A model generated the notes under the pieces. That model ran no database searches, had not been told where the DNA came from, and saw only the letters and a program-made list of their open reading frames with translations. Positions 26,119 to 40,024 of a DNA stretch of 64,000 nucleotides are shown piece after piece. A program made the position numbers and the translations under genes. How positions within the stretch are numbered: the stretch's first letter is position 1; each line of letters opens with the position of its first letter. The stretch comes from Octopus vulgaris (Eukaryota), in the NCBI GenBank assembly GCA_951406725.2, contig OX597825.1, forward strand, positions 4,712,001 through 4,776,000, in the 5' to 3' direction.

Positions 26119-26376
26119 CTATTAACTGACACCTATTCTATCACCTGATACCTATTCTATTAACTGACACCTATTCTATCAATTGACACCTATTCTATCA
26201 ATTGCCACATATTCTATCAATTGACACCTATTCTATCAATTGCCACATATTCTATTAAGTGACACCTATTCTATTAACTGACACATATTCTATCACCTGA
26301 CACCCATTCTATTAACTGACACCTATCCTATTAATTGACACCTATACTATCAACTGATATTCTATCAACTGATATA
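26119..26376. repeat. 19-bp minisatellite, about 14 units
   Basis: Unit CTAT(T/C)AA(C/T)TGACACCTATT, head to tail without spacers. Confidence 0.95.
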
Positions 26377-26685
26377 CTTTTAATATCTTCTTAAAAGGTC
26401 GTTTGGAATATTAGCGCGCGCAAGGTCAGAATTTTTGGGGGACATCGGCCTCAATACTTAGCTCGTACTTATTTTGCCAACCTCAGCGGAATTTGAACTC
26501 ACAAAATGAAGAGCTAGCAGAATTGTCACAAAGCATGCTGCCCAATGCACCAACCGACCGACCGACCTGCCTGCTCACTGCCTCGCACTCAGTTGATACT
26601 TAGAGGATGTGTGACGTTGTTAATGTTTATTTATTGTTATCATTAATAGCTGATCAAAGACCATCACCTCTTTGTAAGAATATGT

Positions 26686-26860
26686 TGTTGCTCTTAGCCA
26701 CAAGTTCACCAAGATCGAGCAAACCTATGATGAAAGACATTCCATCCGTGATCAATCCATTTGCTTCCGTTGTACAGGAAACTCGGGACCATATTATCCA
26801 ATATCTTTTCCTTACATTGTAAAGTGTGAGTGATTTCGGGGAGATTTCGCTGGAAGCTCT
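26686..26860. mobile_element. Old dispersed repeat; related copies at about 15050-15250, 21415-21610, 38370-38540 and 49330-49410
   Basis: Shared CCTATGAT(C/G)AAAG(A/G)CATTCCA..GTGA motif or its reverse complement. Confidence 0.5.
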
Positions 26861-28033
26861 TTCTTTGCTTGATTTAGGTGCAAGAAGATCAATGACTAAT
26901 GTGTCCTTTCTTACTAATGGAATGTGGGGGGGAACGGGGGTTGTGTGTGTGTGTGTATATATGTGTGTGTGCGAAAGACATTATGTGTTAGTGAGTGTAT
27001 GCGTGATAGTGTGCGTGTGCGTATATCAGAGTGAAATAATGCTTATATGATTGTATGACAGAGAGCATGCATGCGTGATTGAAAGCAACTATATGTACGT
27101 ATGTGTGTGCGTCTGTGTGTGTGTGTGTGTGTATGTATGCATTCGTTGTCTTTGTGAGTATATGTAATAACGTATATGGAATTGATTGTATGTGATTGGC
27201 GGAGGGTGCGATACACCTGCTTCCTCAGCAGTCAAACGATACGGCAGAGGCCCCTTTCTTTGTCTTCGAATTTGTAATAGTGGTATTAAGACTTTATTGC
27301 TTGGTTTTAAAACCCGTAACCCGTGCCCAGGTTTCGGTTTTCATACATTCAGTTCCGCTATCCTTCTTCGTCTTTGCTTAGATAACATAAAGCTCGGGAT
27401 CAGAACGGATGTCAAAGAAATATTCCTACGCTATTTATATCACCCCTGCGTGTTCTGCCATCTATAACAACGGTCCGCTGATTCAATCGCTGCGTTTTTA
27501 TGCTAAATCTATAATATATAGGACGACAAAAGTTTATGTACCTAAATGTATGACCAAATACATTTCTTTTTGTGCTTGTAGTGTATCGGTGTATATTAAG
27601 ATTCCGTCGTATATGATTTGTGTATTAACATGCATGGGTGTATGTATAAGTGAGAGAACGAAGTGGGGGACGGGAGTGAATTATAAATGGACCTGCCACA
27701 GAGCAAGATGGTGCGCGCGCGTTCCTGAATGAGAAAGCATTTGAGACGAAGAGGCGGATGACTAAAGGAAAATGTGTTTGTGCTTGTGATTGTGTGTGTG
27801 TTTGTGTGTGTATGTGTGTGTGTTTGTGTGTGAGTGTATTTCTGTGTATGTGTGTGTGTGCGTGGAGAGAAAGATTGATTGCACGTACGAGTTGTGTGTG
27901 TATGAGTGATTGTGCATGTGTATATAGGTGCATGAAGAATGCCCGTTTGCATGCCAGATTTTGCGAGTGTGTAAAAGCATGCACGTACACGTGTGAGGAT
28001 ATTAGATTATGTGTACGTAACTGTCGATGCATG

Positions 28034-28080
<47 letters not shown>

Positions 28081-28169
28081 ATGCATGCATGTATGTATGC
28101 ACGCATGTAAATATATATATATATATACATATACACAAACGCTCACACTCTCACATGTATGTATATATG

Positions 28170-28202
<33 letters not shown>

Positions 28203-28394
28203 ATGCATGTATATATATATTGAAAGCGTGCCTGAGAATGCGGAATGACGCGTACGTGTAACTGTGTGTAGCAGTGTGTGTAAATGCGCGTGAGAACAAA
28301 GGAGATGCGTTCCTTTTATGTCCATGACAATGGTACCATCTATTTGTTCTCGTGCAACATAAAATTATTTGATAGTGACAATGAAACGAAGAAA

Positions 28395-28680
28395 CATTGC
28401 TGTGGAGACAATAAATTTGTTCGTCTTCTTGGATAAATCGGTTGAGTATGAGACATCTAGCAGAAAACTACGATTGATATGTAAATGAAGTCGGCTGCTA
28501 TTTATCGAACGACCTCTCACTATTATACGAGAGAACATCAATCCTACATGGATCATAAAACTGACTAATCCAGGTGAAGCAACTTCAATATAAACTTTCT
28601 CCACTTTTCATAGTCAGCCAAAATATTTACTATCCCTAAAGACGGACTTGTAGCTTCGTCAAAGAATCTACGCTGGAAAG
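28395..28680 (+). pseudogene. Possible very decayed RTE-type RT C-terminal remnant
   Basis: VETINLFVFLDKSV resembles (I/V)ExVxxFVYLGSxI; weak downstream similarity. Confidence 0.25.
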
Positions 28681-28832
28681 AAGTGGTTGTAAATCAAGTC
28701 AGTGCCATTTGACTGGAAGATTGAGTAAAAGAGAAAGGATAGCAGCGATGGTGTGTGGTGGGGGGAATGTCTGTATATGAGGGAGTGTAACATGTGCATA
28801 CACATACACATACACATGTAGACATATGTACT

Positions 28833-28867
<35 letters not shown>

Positions 28868-29319
28868 TAGATGATATCTTTTTCTATAAGCAATGTCATG
28901 ATTCATACATTTGTAAGATGTTATGATAAAACAAAAGCCGAGGTCAAATATGTTCTAGGAATGGACTCTCGATTAAATCGATCTCCAGTATTCGACAAAA
29001 CTTGAACCCGGAATATCGTTGGTTGGAGCTAGATTTTGTGTTTTTATTTTTCTAAAGTTTTCTTTGTACCTTCATTCAAACTGCACTGCATGGATGTCAA
29101 TAGACTCTTCCATTCTAAATGCCAAATAAAGCGACTGTGTTTTATATCGAACAGAAAATAAAACTGTATATATATAGATATGTGTGTGTTTTCATATAAA
29201 TACTGAATGCATAACTATCTATCTATAAAGATGGTGCTCCAGTATAGCTACACCCTCTGGCTCAAATCAGAAACAAGAGCAAAATGTATACATACATATA
29301 TGTACATATATATGTATAC

Positions 29320-29373
<54 letters not shown>

Positions 29374-29435
29374 AAAAAATGAAGTTCGAAAATGCTGCTG
29401 TATTATACAATTTTTAATTTTTATATATACATTAT

Positions 29436-29469
29436 AACATGTTTCAGTTCCTGAAATGAACCTTATCAA
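29436..29469 (-). ncRNA. Minimal hammerhead core, U3-A8 variant, in the Neptune pLTR
   Basis: TTGATAA-GGTTC atttcag GAACT-GAAAC-AT-GTT; palindromic stem III ACATGT; stem I poorly paired. Confidence 0.6.
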
Positions 29470-29785
29470 AAAAAGTTATATATAAAAAAAGACAGCTCAT
29501 GCCGTCAAACTCAAGAAATTCATTTATAATACACAACGGAGTCAGACATCTTAGAGTTCATGTATAGTTGATATATAGTTCATGTATAGTTGATATATAG
29601 TTTGAAGTATATGTTCAAAGTGTTCGATGCAATGGCCCACGGTGGCGATACGTATTCAATACAAAAAACAGATCAAAGTGGTGGAAAGCGGTCAATACAG
29701 AAGATTGATGTTTCCGAAAGAGCGAGGAATTCATTTTTACCTTAAGCAATTGTGATGACCCATGGTGGAAGTTCGCTGGGTGGTT

Positions 29786-30277
29786 CTAGTGAGTTTTTGT
29801 GAAATGCTCGGTTTTATAATGCCTGTTAGGTGGTCAATCTAGCGTAGCGTGACGTCATCAATGTTTTGACCAATCGTTTCGTTAGGTGGCTTTAATCAAG
29901 TAGAACGGGACGTCATCATTATTTTGACCAATCGCTGCATTATAACTCCCTCTTGTTTGTTTCCTGTTTTGACCAGTCGCTTCGTTAGTCAAGTAGAACG
30001 GGACGTCATCATTATTTTGACCAATCGCTGCATTATATCTGCCTCTTGTTTGTTTCCTGTTTTGACCAGTCGCTTCGTTAGTCAAGCAGAGCGGGACGTC
30101 ATCCAGATTCTGCCCAATCACGACTTATAGCTACATTAGATCTGCCCCCTGTCTGTACTTGTTAGGTGACTATTCAAGCAGAAAAGGACATCATCAATAT
30201 TCTGACTAATGACTGTCCCCTGTTTGTATCCTGTCCATTCTAGCAGAGCTAGACGTCATCAACTTGTTGACCAATCA
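29786..30277 (-). promoter_or_regulatory. Putative pLTR promoter: six ATTGG-N12-TGACGTC modules, TATAAAA (29818-29812), Inr-like TCACT near 29790
   Basis: The 12-nt spacer is conserved in all six units (one has degenerate motifs); the central units have a 93-bp period. Confidence 0.7.
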
Positions 30278-30445
30278 GAATCGGGTCTGACCCTTAGCTG
30301 TATCGTATGTATCAGGGTCAGATTTGCACGAAAGAATTTTTTTCCCTTTTTTACTAAGGCATATTTCCGTCAGAGTGAGTGTCTGTTTGAAGCAGCGGCC
30401 GTGGTGGAACCCCGCTTCTCCCTTTCGGAGGACTTATCTTTTGTT

Positions 30446-31465
<1,020 letters not shown>

Positions 31466-31584
31466 ATGTGTGTATGTATGTATATATGCATATATATTCA
31501 TATATGTATATATGAATAGATATCTATATTCATGTATATAAATAAATATATATATATGAATATATATATTCACACACACACGCG

Positions 31585-31615
<31 letters not shown>

Positions 31616-31914
31616 TTGTTTAAATGTGTATAGAATAATATATAAGTTGAATAAAGTTAAAGCATGTTCTAGTTTTCATGTTTTTTTATTATTATTCTAT
31701 TTAAAAGAATTTAACAATGTTGAACTGAGTTAAACATTAAAAAATATTTTGTAATGTTCATAAAGTTCAATTAGCACTTTCATACGTTCGTAGTAATCAT
31801 CAGATTTCAAAATATATTTAACTGACAGTTGAGTTCTTGGCAACTATAGTAAAACGGTCAACATCTTTTTTATACCTCTTAGAAGGCTCCAAAAAGTTAA
31901 ATTTTTCGAATACG

Positions 31915-32400
31915 GCTTTTGACTAATCAGCATAGCCACAAAGCGTCGAACAAACCAGAGAATTCAAAGCAATCCAACATCACTATTCCACAAATATTGC
32001 TTCAGTACCACAGATGAGCTATTGGGAGACACTAAAATAAGTAGGATCTACTCTCTAGAGAGAAGAAACGAAGGATTCACCTTGTTATCTATGTGGATGA
32101 TCATGAAAGGTATGGCACCCAAAGTTGACTACTCGATCTTCACGGAACTAGACACCAATCCATAATACCAAAAATCCCAATTTTTTTCATTCCGATTACC
32201 GAATCAATACCGTAGCAGCTTAATGTCACAACTTTTCGTTACCATGCCAAAAGGCCTCACATACTTATGAGGATAAAACACGGATGTGTACAAAGAACAT
32301 TTAGACAAATTCTTGTGAGCGATAATAGGTGAACCCATATCGCAGCAAAAAAAAAATGCAATGTAGGGCAGTTTTTTTTTCAACTCATTACTCCACCAGG
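31915..32400 (+). pseudogene. CR1-clade LINE ORF2 3' end, decayed
   Basis: FKAIQHHYSTNIASVPQMSYWETLK..YSLERRNE..MWMIMKGMAP..DVYKEHLDKFL..GEP..NSLLHQ. Confidence 0.85.
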
Positions 32401-33809
32401 AATGATTTCGGAGACAGGGACAGATTATGAGTTCAGAATGAACAAGCATTAACATGGGGCCTCTACATGGCCATATTCTCTGTCTGAAACCAATTGAGAA
32501 ATATGTGTGTGTATACAAATATATATGTGTGTGTGTGTGTGTGTGTGCGTGTGTCTGTGTCTGTGTCTGTGTCTGTGTCTGTGCATATATATATATATAC
32601 ATATACATATATACACACACAGAGGCGCATATATATATATATGCGCATGTGTGTTTCTCTCTGTCTCTCTGACTCTCTCTCTTTCTCTCTCTCTCCCTCT
32701 CTCTCTTTCTGTGCTTTATTCGATTTAATCAAGCGATTAAGGAATCCCTTATCGATCTTTCGTTATATACATTATATAATACATATTTTATAAAGAAACC
32801 ATATATTATTCGAATATAAATACATATACACATTCATATGTACATACATACATAAATATATGAATGTATGTATGTTGTATGTGTGTGTGTATGTGTGTAT
32901 GTTAATGTGCGTATATATGAGTCTTTATCAGAGCATTATCAATATATGTATATATGGGTGTATGTTTGTGTCTATGTGTTGTAAGTGTATGTATGTGTCC
33001 ATCTCGTTCTATGCTGCGTCTGGAAGCTTATGCTTGTGTGTGTGTACATGTGTGTGAGAGGGAGAGAGCAAGAAAGTATGTGTGTGCGTGCGTGTGTCTG
33101 TTCAGCTACGTATTTGTATTTGTAACAACATATGTAGATCTCCTGTTATACTAAAGGCTCTCAAGAGAACTTCTAAGTTTCTCAGACAAGCAAACATTAG
33201 CTATTTTGCTGAAGGCGTAAATGTGTTCAAAAGATAAAACTAAACGAAACATAAGTGAAATAGCGATGCAAGGTATATCTCCTATCTCCAGTCAATCTAC
33301 ATCACAGTGTCAGCAAATTAATGATAGAGATGTTTACAACGTCTTAACGAAAGAGTGGCATCAGTAATTTTACGCACTCTGTAACCAGCGAGCAAAGGAG
33401 CCTCCTTGCGGTTTTGTCACACGCAATATCACACACACACACACACACACATACACACACACGCACACACGCACAAGGCACACGCACACGTTCACAGAGG
33501 TTCACACATACATACGTATTTATATATATATACATATATATATATATATCTACATACACATACATACGTATATAAATATATATATATACATACATACGTA
33601 TTTATATATATATATACATCCATACGTATTTATATATATATATACATACATATATATACATAGACATACATACGTATATAATATATATACATACATACAT
33701 ACACATACATACGTATATACATACATACATACATACATACATACATACATACATACATACATACATACATACATACATACATACATACATACATACATGC
33801 ATACATCTG

Positions 33810-35340
33810 GTTGAGTATTCTTAAGTCGGCAAAAGTAGGTGGTCCTATATTTCTGAAGAGAGTGGTAAATGAATCAAAGTATACAGTCTAATAGTTTCGC
33901 ATCGAATATTACTTAAGCGGGCGACTATCCACTAAAAGCGCTCCTCGGAGACGGAATGAGTGGAGAAAATGGTAACTGTTGTGTGTTACTGAAGGTTTAG
34001 AAGTATCACATTCGGTCCGGTTTGTAGATGCTGTTAAAACGGAGGTGAACCGAAGTCAAGCGAGACAACAGAGAAATTCGTCAAGGCTTATGTTCGTTGA
34101 AGCATAAAAACCTCGGTGGATTTTGATGTCAGCCAAAATGTATTGAGTTGAAATGTGTGCAAGTGGGATATCTGAGGAATATCTGATATGTGTGCAGGGT
34201 TGTTATGCGTGTGTGACCTTCTCGGCATTTTCGTCCTCGATTTACTTAATATGATAATCCCCTGAAGCAGTTTTTGGCTTCTACAGAGACAACACTTTGG
34301 CAATACCGAGATGGCGAATGGCCAGACACTCGATAATCTTAGGTAGAAAATAAACCACACATTGAATCTTCTTAGCTTGAAGACTATTAGGGAAACCTAC
34401 CCGAAGACGGCTGATTTCCTTAACGGGATCTTGACCCTGCATGAGGAAGCCAAATAAGAGGTTGGCATACATGAAGACAACTTCTTGTCATTCAGTCACA
34501 GCTTTCAGAAATCTAGTGGAGGGTGTCAACAGAAGAAACTCCAACCTATCTTCAAGCAAAGATATTTTCCACACCGCTGCCCTGTACTACAATGAGGCTC
34601 TGGCTGCTGGTAGCTCTAAAAGATAATGGTAGTTTCATGCCCGACCCTAATCTAAGTAAATGGAAAAGCCATCGTATGGTGTTGTGGTTCGTCTCCGTCT
34701 ATCCAACCATAAAAGCCTGTGGGGGAAAGATCTGCCATAGCTTAGTGTGGAAATAATTTTTCTATAAAATATTTAACAAACCTACTTTGAGAGTTTCTTT
34801 TAGCTACACACCAGTATAAAGAAAGTATTAATAGGCAGGCCAACTCCTAAGAGAGAATCAGGATGTTCATGCACAGGCAACCTTACATGACCTCTTAATG
34901 TTGTTTATGAAACATGTGGCGTCAAAATAACTCTACCGGGCATTCAAACTGCAGAATTAAGTGGGCGCGAGAGAAGATCCTTACAGAGCCAGGTTTAACC
35001 ACTATAAGGACGTTCAATATCCCCGAAGAGACACAATGTCACAATCCTGTCTAAGGTCATTGATGGAAAGCACCGGAGTATAACCTCAAGTGGAAAATAT
35101 TGAAGAAATGCAAGCTTTATTTTAACAGCTGTAGAAGGTAATGGCTATGCCAAATCGAGGAAAGAATTACGTTTAAAAACTCTCTATACTGGAACTCCTA
35201 GCTAAACTGCAAGAGTGAAATCTTCCGAACGTGACCAGATGAGAGAAGGTGAGTGATTATTTGCGGTCTCCACCATAAATAGAAACACTTGGACCCCTAT
35301 CGTCAGTCCTTCCACTGTCATAATCTGATGGTCCAGTAAA
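33810..35340 (+). mobile_element. Decayed Penelope-like element, Naiad type (RT + C-terminal GIY-YIG)
   Basis: CDLLGIFVLD, GFYRDNTLA (cf. GLYRDDGLA), RKPN..Y..SCH, GVNRRNSNLSSSKDIF..YNEAL, KIFNKPTLRVSFSYTP, GCSC, VVY..*VG, TILSK, KWKIL, LCQIE, LNCKSEI; many frameshifts. The 5' boundary is uncertain. Confidence 0.85.
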
Positions 35341-38061
35341 ATTTGAGCAATCAATACACGCATAGACACACAAACGTATATGCATACACACGCTAGCAGT
35401 TACCTGATCCTCACCTGAAAATAAACTTCACTACACGCATACCAACATTGTATACGTATCAATCCTTTAAAACACAGTACGCACACACACACGCACACAC
35501 ACACACGCGCGCGCGCGTGCACAAACACACATACACACACACACACTCATCAACCCAACACGTCTTTTTTTCTATCAAAAATATATAAATATTATTAAAA
35601 CGAGAGAAATATCTCAGAAAAGCCAGTGGCGTGTATTTGAACAACAAAGACAAATAATACGGTTTAACAAACATCACATAACATGATTTGTCGATTTATT
35701 AAAATTAAAATAATCTTTGCCTCTAGAGGCTATGTTATAATTACAAAATGGCAAATAAGAATAGCTCCATATAAGAAGGGGAGATAATATCAATAATCAA
35801 GAATTCTCCAAATTTGTCATTCAGGAAAAGGACAAGCTTAATATCGGGAGATTGGATGACACTCGTGAACACGTCTTTCTGCCTCTATAACCATCATCAG
35901 CACGACAGTCGTTAATGTCAGTTAATGTCTTATGTCGCACCGCTGCTCAGAAATTCACGTGCTCTTCATACATCAGACGGTATGTATTGATCTATAATGT
36001 AGCAAGGAATTTAAAAAATGATTAAAGATTGTGCAGCGACTTCCCTGTTCGGTGTGCATTAGATTAAAGCCATTCCTGTAAGGCACACGCAAATATAAGT
36101 GTCTGAGTCTCCTAGGCAGTGAAGAAGTGGAATAATACAGAATTTAAAAATCTGGAAGAATGCATATTTTCTCTTAAGAATGAAACACCTTTACTTCTCT
36201 TAAAAGTGTAATTTATATTTAGGACCAAGTTTTGGGTAAAATTTGAAATAGTAAAGTTCTTATCACTCCAAATTTTGACTATGGATTCCATTAAATTGGA
36301 ATTAAAAGCCGGCAAACGCAAAAATAAAACTTAAGAGCTAAAATCTTCTATTTCTTTACATGAAGGCAAGACAAAATGTTTTCTTCTATCACATGCAATA
36401 TCATGATATTAACTTTCTAAACCACTCATAGATGACAGTTATTGCTGCAGCCTGGGCCTTTGCAACCATACATGTACTGTTGTGGGCTTGCGTGTTTTTT
36501 TATTGTCTTTGAAAGAGTAATTGTATAGTGTAGCATTTCCTTTACTCCTGGTTGTAAAATAATTGGTTTGTTGTTTATATGGAACCTGATATACAGTCTT
36601 TATTGTGCCGTCTGCTGATTCTATATCTGGTCTGTATAATGTTTCAGCAGGTATTTTCTATCCAGAGGAACATTTTCGGAAAAGCATTCATAAATTAAGT
36701 TTCCTCGAATCCTTTATGTTTATGCGCTTGTTGTCTATTAGTAATGGCCTTGCCTCGAAATACCATAGACTGATAGTTCTTTTGAGGAGAAAGTTAGCCT
36801 TAAAATCCTCCTTAATCTCCCAAATTCTCCTGGAATGTCATTCTCATGAATAAATTTTGGACTAACAGCATTCCTGACATTCATACAAAGCAAGCTCTGA
36901 GTAATTTTTATTTATTTTTTACATGCAGTAACATTAACACAACATCTATTCTCTTATCATTTCCCATTAATGCATCAATTTTCCCAAAATTTCAATGAGT
37001 AATCCATCAAATTTTTTTTCGTTTGACTTCTCACATTTTTTAGTTTCGGGGGTGTTTTAGGTTTCTTTTTTTTTTTTTTCTAAATTCATTTAGGAATTCT
37101 AAGGTATTACAGTAACTTCACTTTCAGTTACCTGAAAGTGATTTCTCTTATCACATTTAATACAAGTTATACCGAATACAGGACATGGCGATTGTTCATG
37201 CTTATATCCACAAAAGTGACGTTTAGAATCAGATTTATACTACTTTCTATCAGCTTATTGTACAGTGGTACCATCAATGCCAACATTGTTTTCTTTATTT
37301 TGCTTTTATTCTATTATTTTCCCTTTAAAAATCATTTTAGCAGCTAAATGCATTGATCGTATGCATTAAACTTCATATCCCCTGATAGAAAATACTCTAA
37401 TGTGATGCTCGGATGATTGTGTACCCCGTATAAGTGGCATTTTATTTTTCCAAATTCACGAAAGCCACCTCAGTCACGTAATCTCTGAGAATAACTTTGA
37501 ATCGATTCAGTCAGAGTTACTAGTTGTAAATAGAACCTGGCTTTTTCAGGAAATAAAAATTTCTTTTCAGGACAAATTGTCATTACTGAAGATCTTATAT
37601 TGCTAAAATTAAAGTCTTCGTTTTACACATATTTTACTATTACAGAAACTTTACGTATGGCGATTAAACCTACTTTTAATTATTTGCATATGATCAGTAG
37701 TGTTAATAACTTTTTTGGTTAATTTGCAGCAACATAACATCGCAATGAAACCACAACAGTCATATCTGAGTCGTTCAATAAGAATTCGTTGTAATTAATT
37801 GGTGTCTCTATCGTCTCTATCGTCCACAAAAAACTGTAGACATAGGCGAAAGCATGTCCAAAAGCTTCATGCAACCGTGTAGCCAAGATCTCTGTCATGG
37901 AAATGAGCTCGCAGTTATATCAACTAATTATAATGCGTACTTTTTCAGATATTTTGTCATAAATAATGTGGGAATGTATGTGTATGTATGCAATTATGTA
38001 TATATGAATAAACGTATTCGCTGTACGTGCATGTGCACATACTTATAAATATATACCTATG

Positions 38062-38093
<32 letters not shown>

Positions 38094-39683
38094 TGTATGT
38101 ATGTATGTATGTATGTATGTATGTATGTATGTATGTGTGTATGCATGTGTGTATGAATGTATGTATGTATGTATGTATGTATGTATGTATGTATGTATGT
38201 ATGTATGTATGTACGTATGTATGTCCGTATGTATTGTATTGGTATTTTAAATGGCAATAAAATAATCGGTATTATAATCTACAAAGATTTATTCTTCGAT
38301 ATTCTACTCTCTGTGCCATTTCGACGTTTACATATGTTGTTGTTTATAGAAATGGAGGGTAATAATACTTTTGTTAATGTTAAGCCCCAAATCAGCGTCT
38401 GTCGATATTAAAAAGCCTTCCAGTCATAGCAACGCATCTTTTTTCTTTCATCCAAATTATCGTTACATCATAAATAATATATGTGCCTTTATCTTTATTA
38501 AGACAAATAGACGTGGTTGCTATTTCTAGCAGTTTGATCAAGTACACCACCTAAAGGATCCTTGCTAAGTTTGTAGTATAAAGCTAGCAGTTTATGTGAG
38601 ACCTATGACCTAAACATTAATTTGCTATAATGTAATAGAAAATATATTTTCTTAAGATATCGTTCTATTATTTTCTCTTATTCTTTCACTTGTTTCAATC
38701 GTAGGACTGCGGCCATGCTGCAGCACCGCCTTAGCTTATTTTCTCTTGGTTTTGTCGTCGCTTTATAGCAGAAATTTGGTCTGTGATTGAATTTGTAGCA
38801 ATTGATCTTCTCTGAGTGTATCCTTGAATGCTTGGCTGGTTCGGTTTCGTCGTTGGGAGTTTATCCAATTTTTTTTTCATGTTTCACACAGCTTACATTT
38901 ATGTTTTTTTTTTATTTCTTCAGGTAAGCAGTTGAACAGTTGAAGACCTCGTTTTTTTCACCTCTCACTTTTCTCCACATTTGTTCCTAACAGAGATCTC
39001 GAATCGTTGAAAGGATAGAGCACTGATCAACCAGGCAAAATTTGCTTCCCAGCACTGTGATTTGACATATGTCAGGTCACATAAGCGTAATATGATCCAT
39101 TCCACCTAAGGGACAATGGATATTGCAAGGTATGAAAACGCATCGATGCTCAAAGTTACCACTACTCTGTAACAGTGGCAAGATGTTTGTATTACTTTGG
39201 TAACATGCAATGTTATTCCAGGTTAAAATTCTAGCATCAATGACAAACGAGAAACCAATAATTAAGATTGCAGAGTTCACAGATAAAAACATTTCTGTAC
39301 GCTGAAAATTTAGAAATTATATGAAAACCACAAATTCCTTAAACGTTCTTCTCGATGTTTCTCTTATTATTTATTAAGCGCTGTCACAGTTAAGCAATAT
39401 ATTTTCAAGTAGTTACATTATTGCATTTTCGCGTTATATTCTGAATTGTTTTCAAATATTCTTTTGCTGGTTTCAGTCATTGAATTTAAAACTGTTTAAA
39501 ACTGATCTTATCAACCTCAGTACAATATTTCTACGGTTATTACTTATTTTGTTGGTATCTGTTTGGTGAACCGCTACCATTATGAGACTTAAACGATACG
39601 TACCGTCAATTAAGCGGTGTAAGCATGAAGACAGACTCGGATACAAATATTCACACACTTAGATATACATGTATTAATGCATA

Positions 39684-39756
<73 letters not shown>

Positions 39757-39812
39757 CCGCGCGTATGTGTTTGTATTTGTTAAAAAGCTTTCGTGTGGAG
39801 GTTACAATAATG

Positions 39813-40024
39813 GTTTCAAATTTTACCACAAAGGCAGCAATTTTGGGGAGGGGATGAGTCAATTACACCGACCCCGGTGTGCAACTGGTACTTATTTTAT
39901 CGACCCCGAATGGATGAAAGGTAAAGTCGGCCTCGGTGGAATTTAAACTCAGAACGGAGCGACCAGCGAAATACCGCTAAGCATTTCGTCCAGCGTTTTA
40001 ACGATTTTACCAACTTGCTGCCTT
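39813..40024 (-). mobile_element. SINE family 1, full length with about 19-bp TSD
   Basis: TGTGGAGGTTACAATAATG (39794-39812) / TGTGGCGGTTATAATAATG (40026-40044). Confidence 0.9.

Noticed and set aside
26119-26376. CRISPR-like regular repeat
   Set aside because: Units are contiguous with no unique spacers, no cas genes, eukaryotic context.
29882-30121. ORF with a 31-aa repeat
   Set aside because: By-product of the 93-bp promoter repeat in the PLE UTR.
35400-35425. Minus-strand TTTTCAG|GTGAGGATCAG|GTAAC microexon or recursive site; similar motifs near 8865 and 37130
   Set aside because: Short pyrimidine tracts and an 11-nt non-frame-preserving exon; compatible with chance.
36450-36880. Possible decayed LINE ORF2 on the minus strand
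   Set aside because: No diagnostic motif could be read with confidence.
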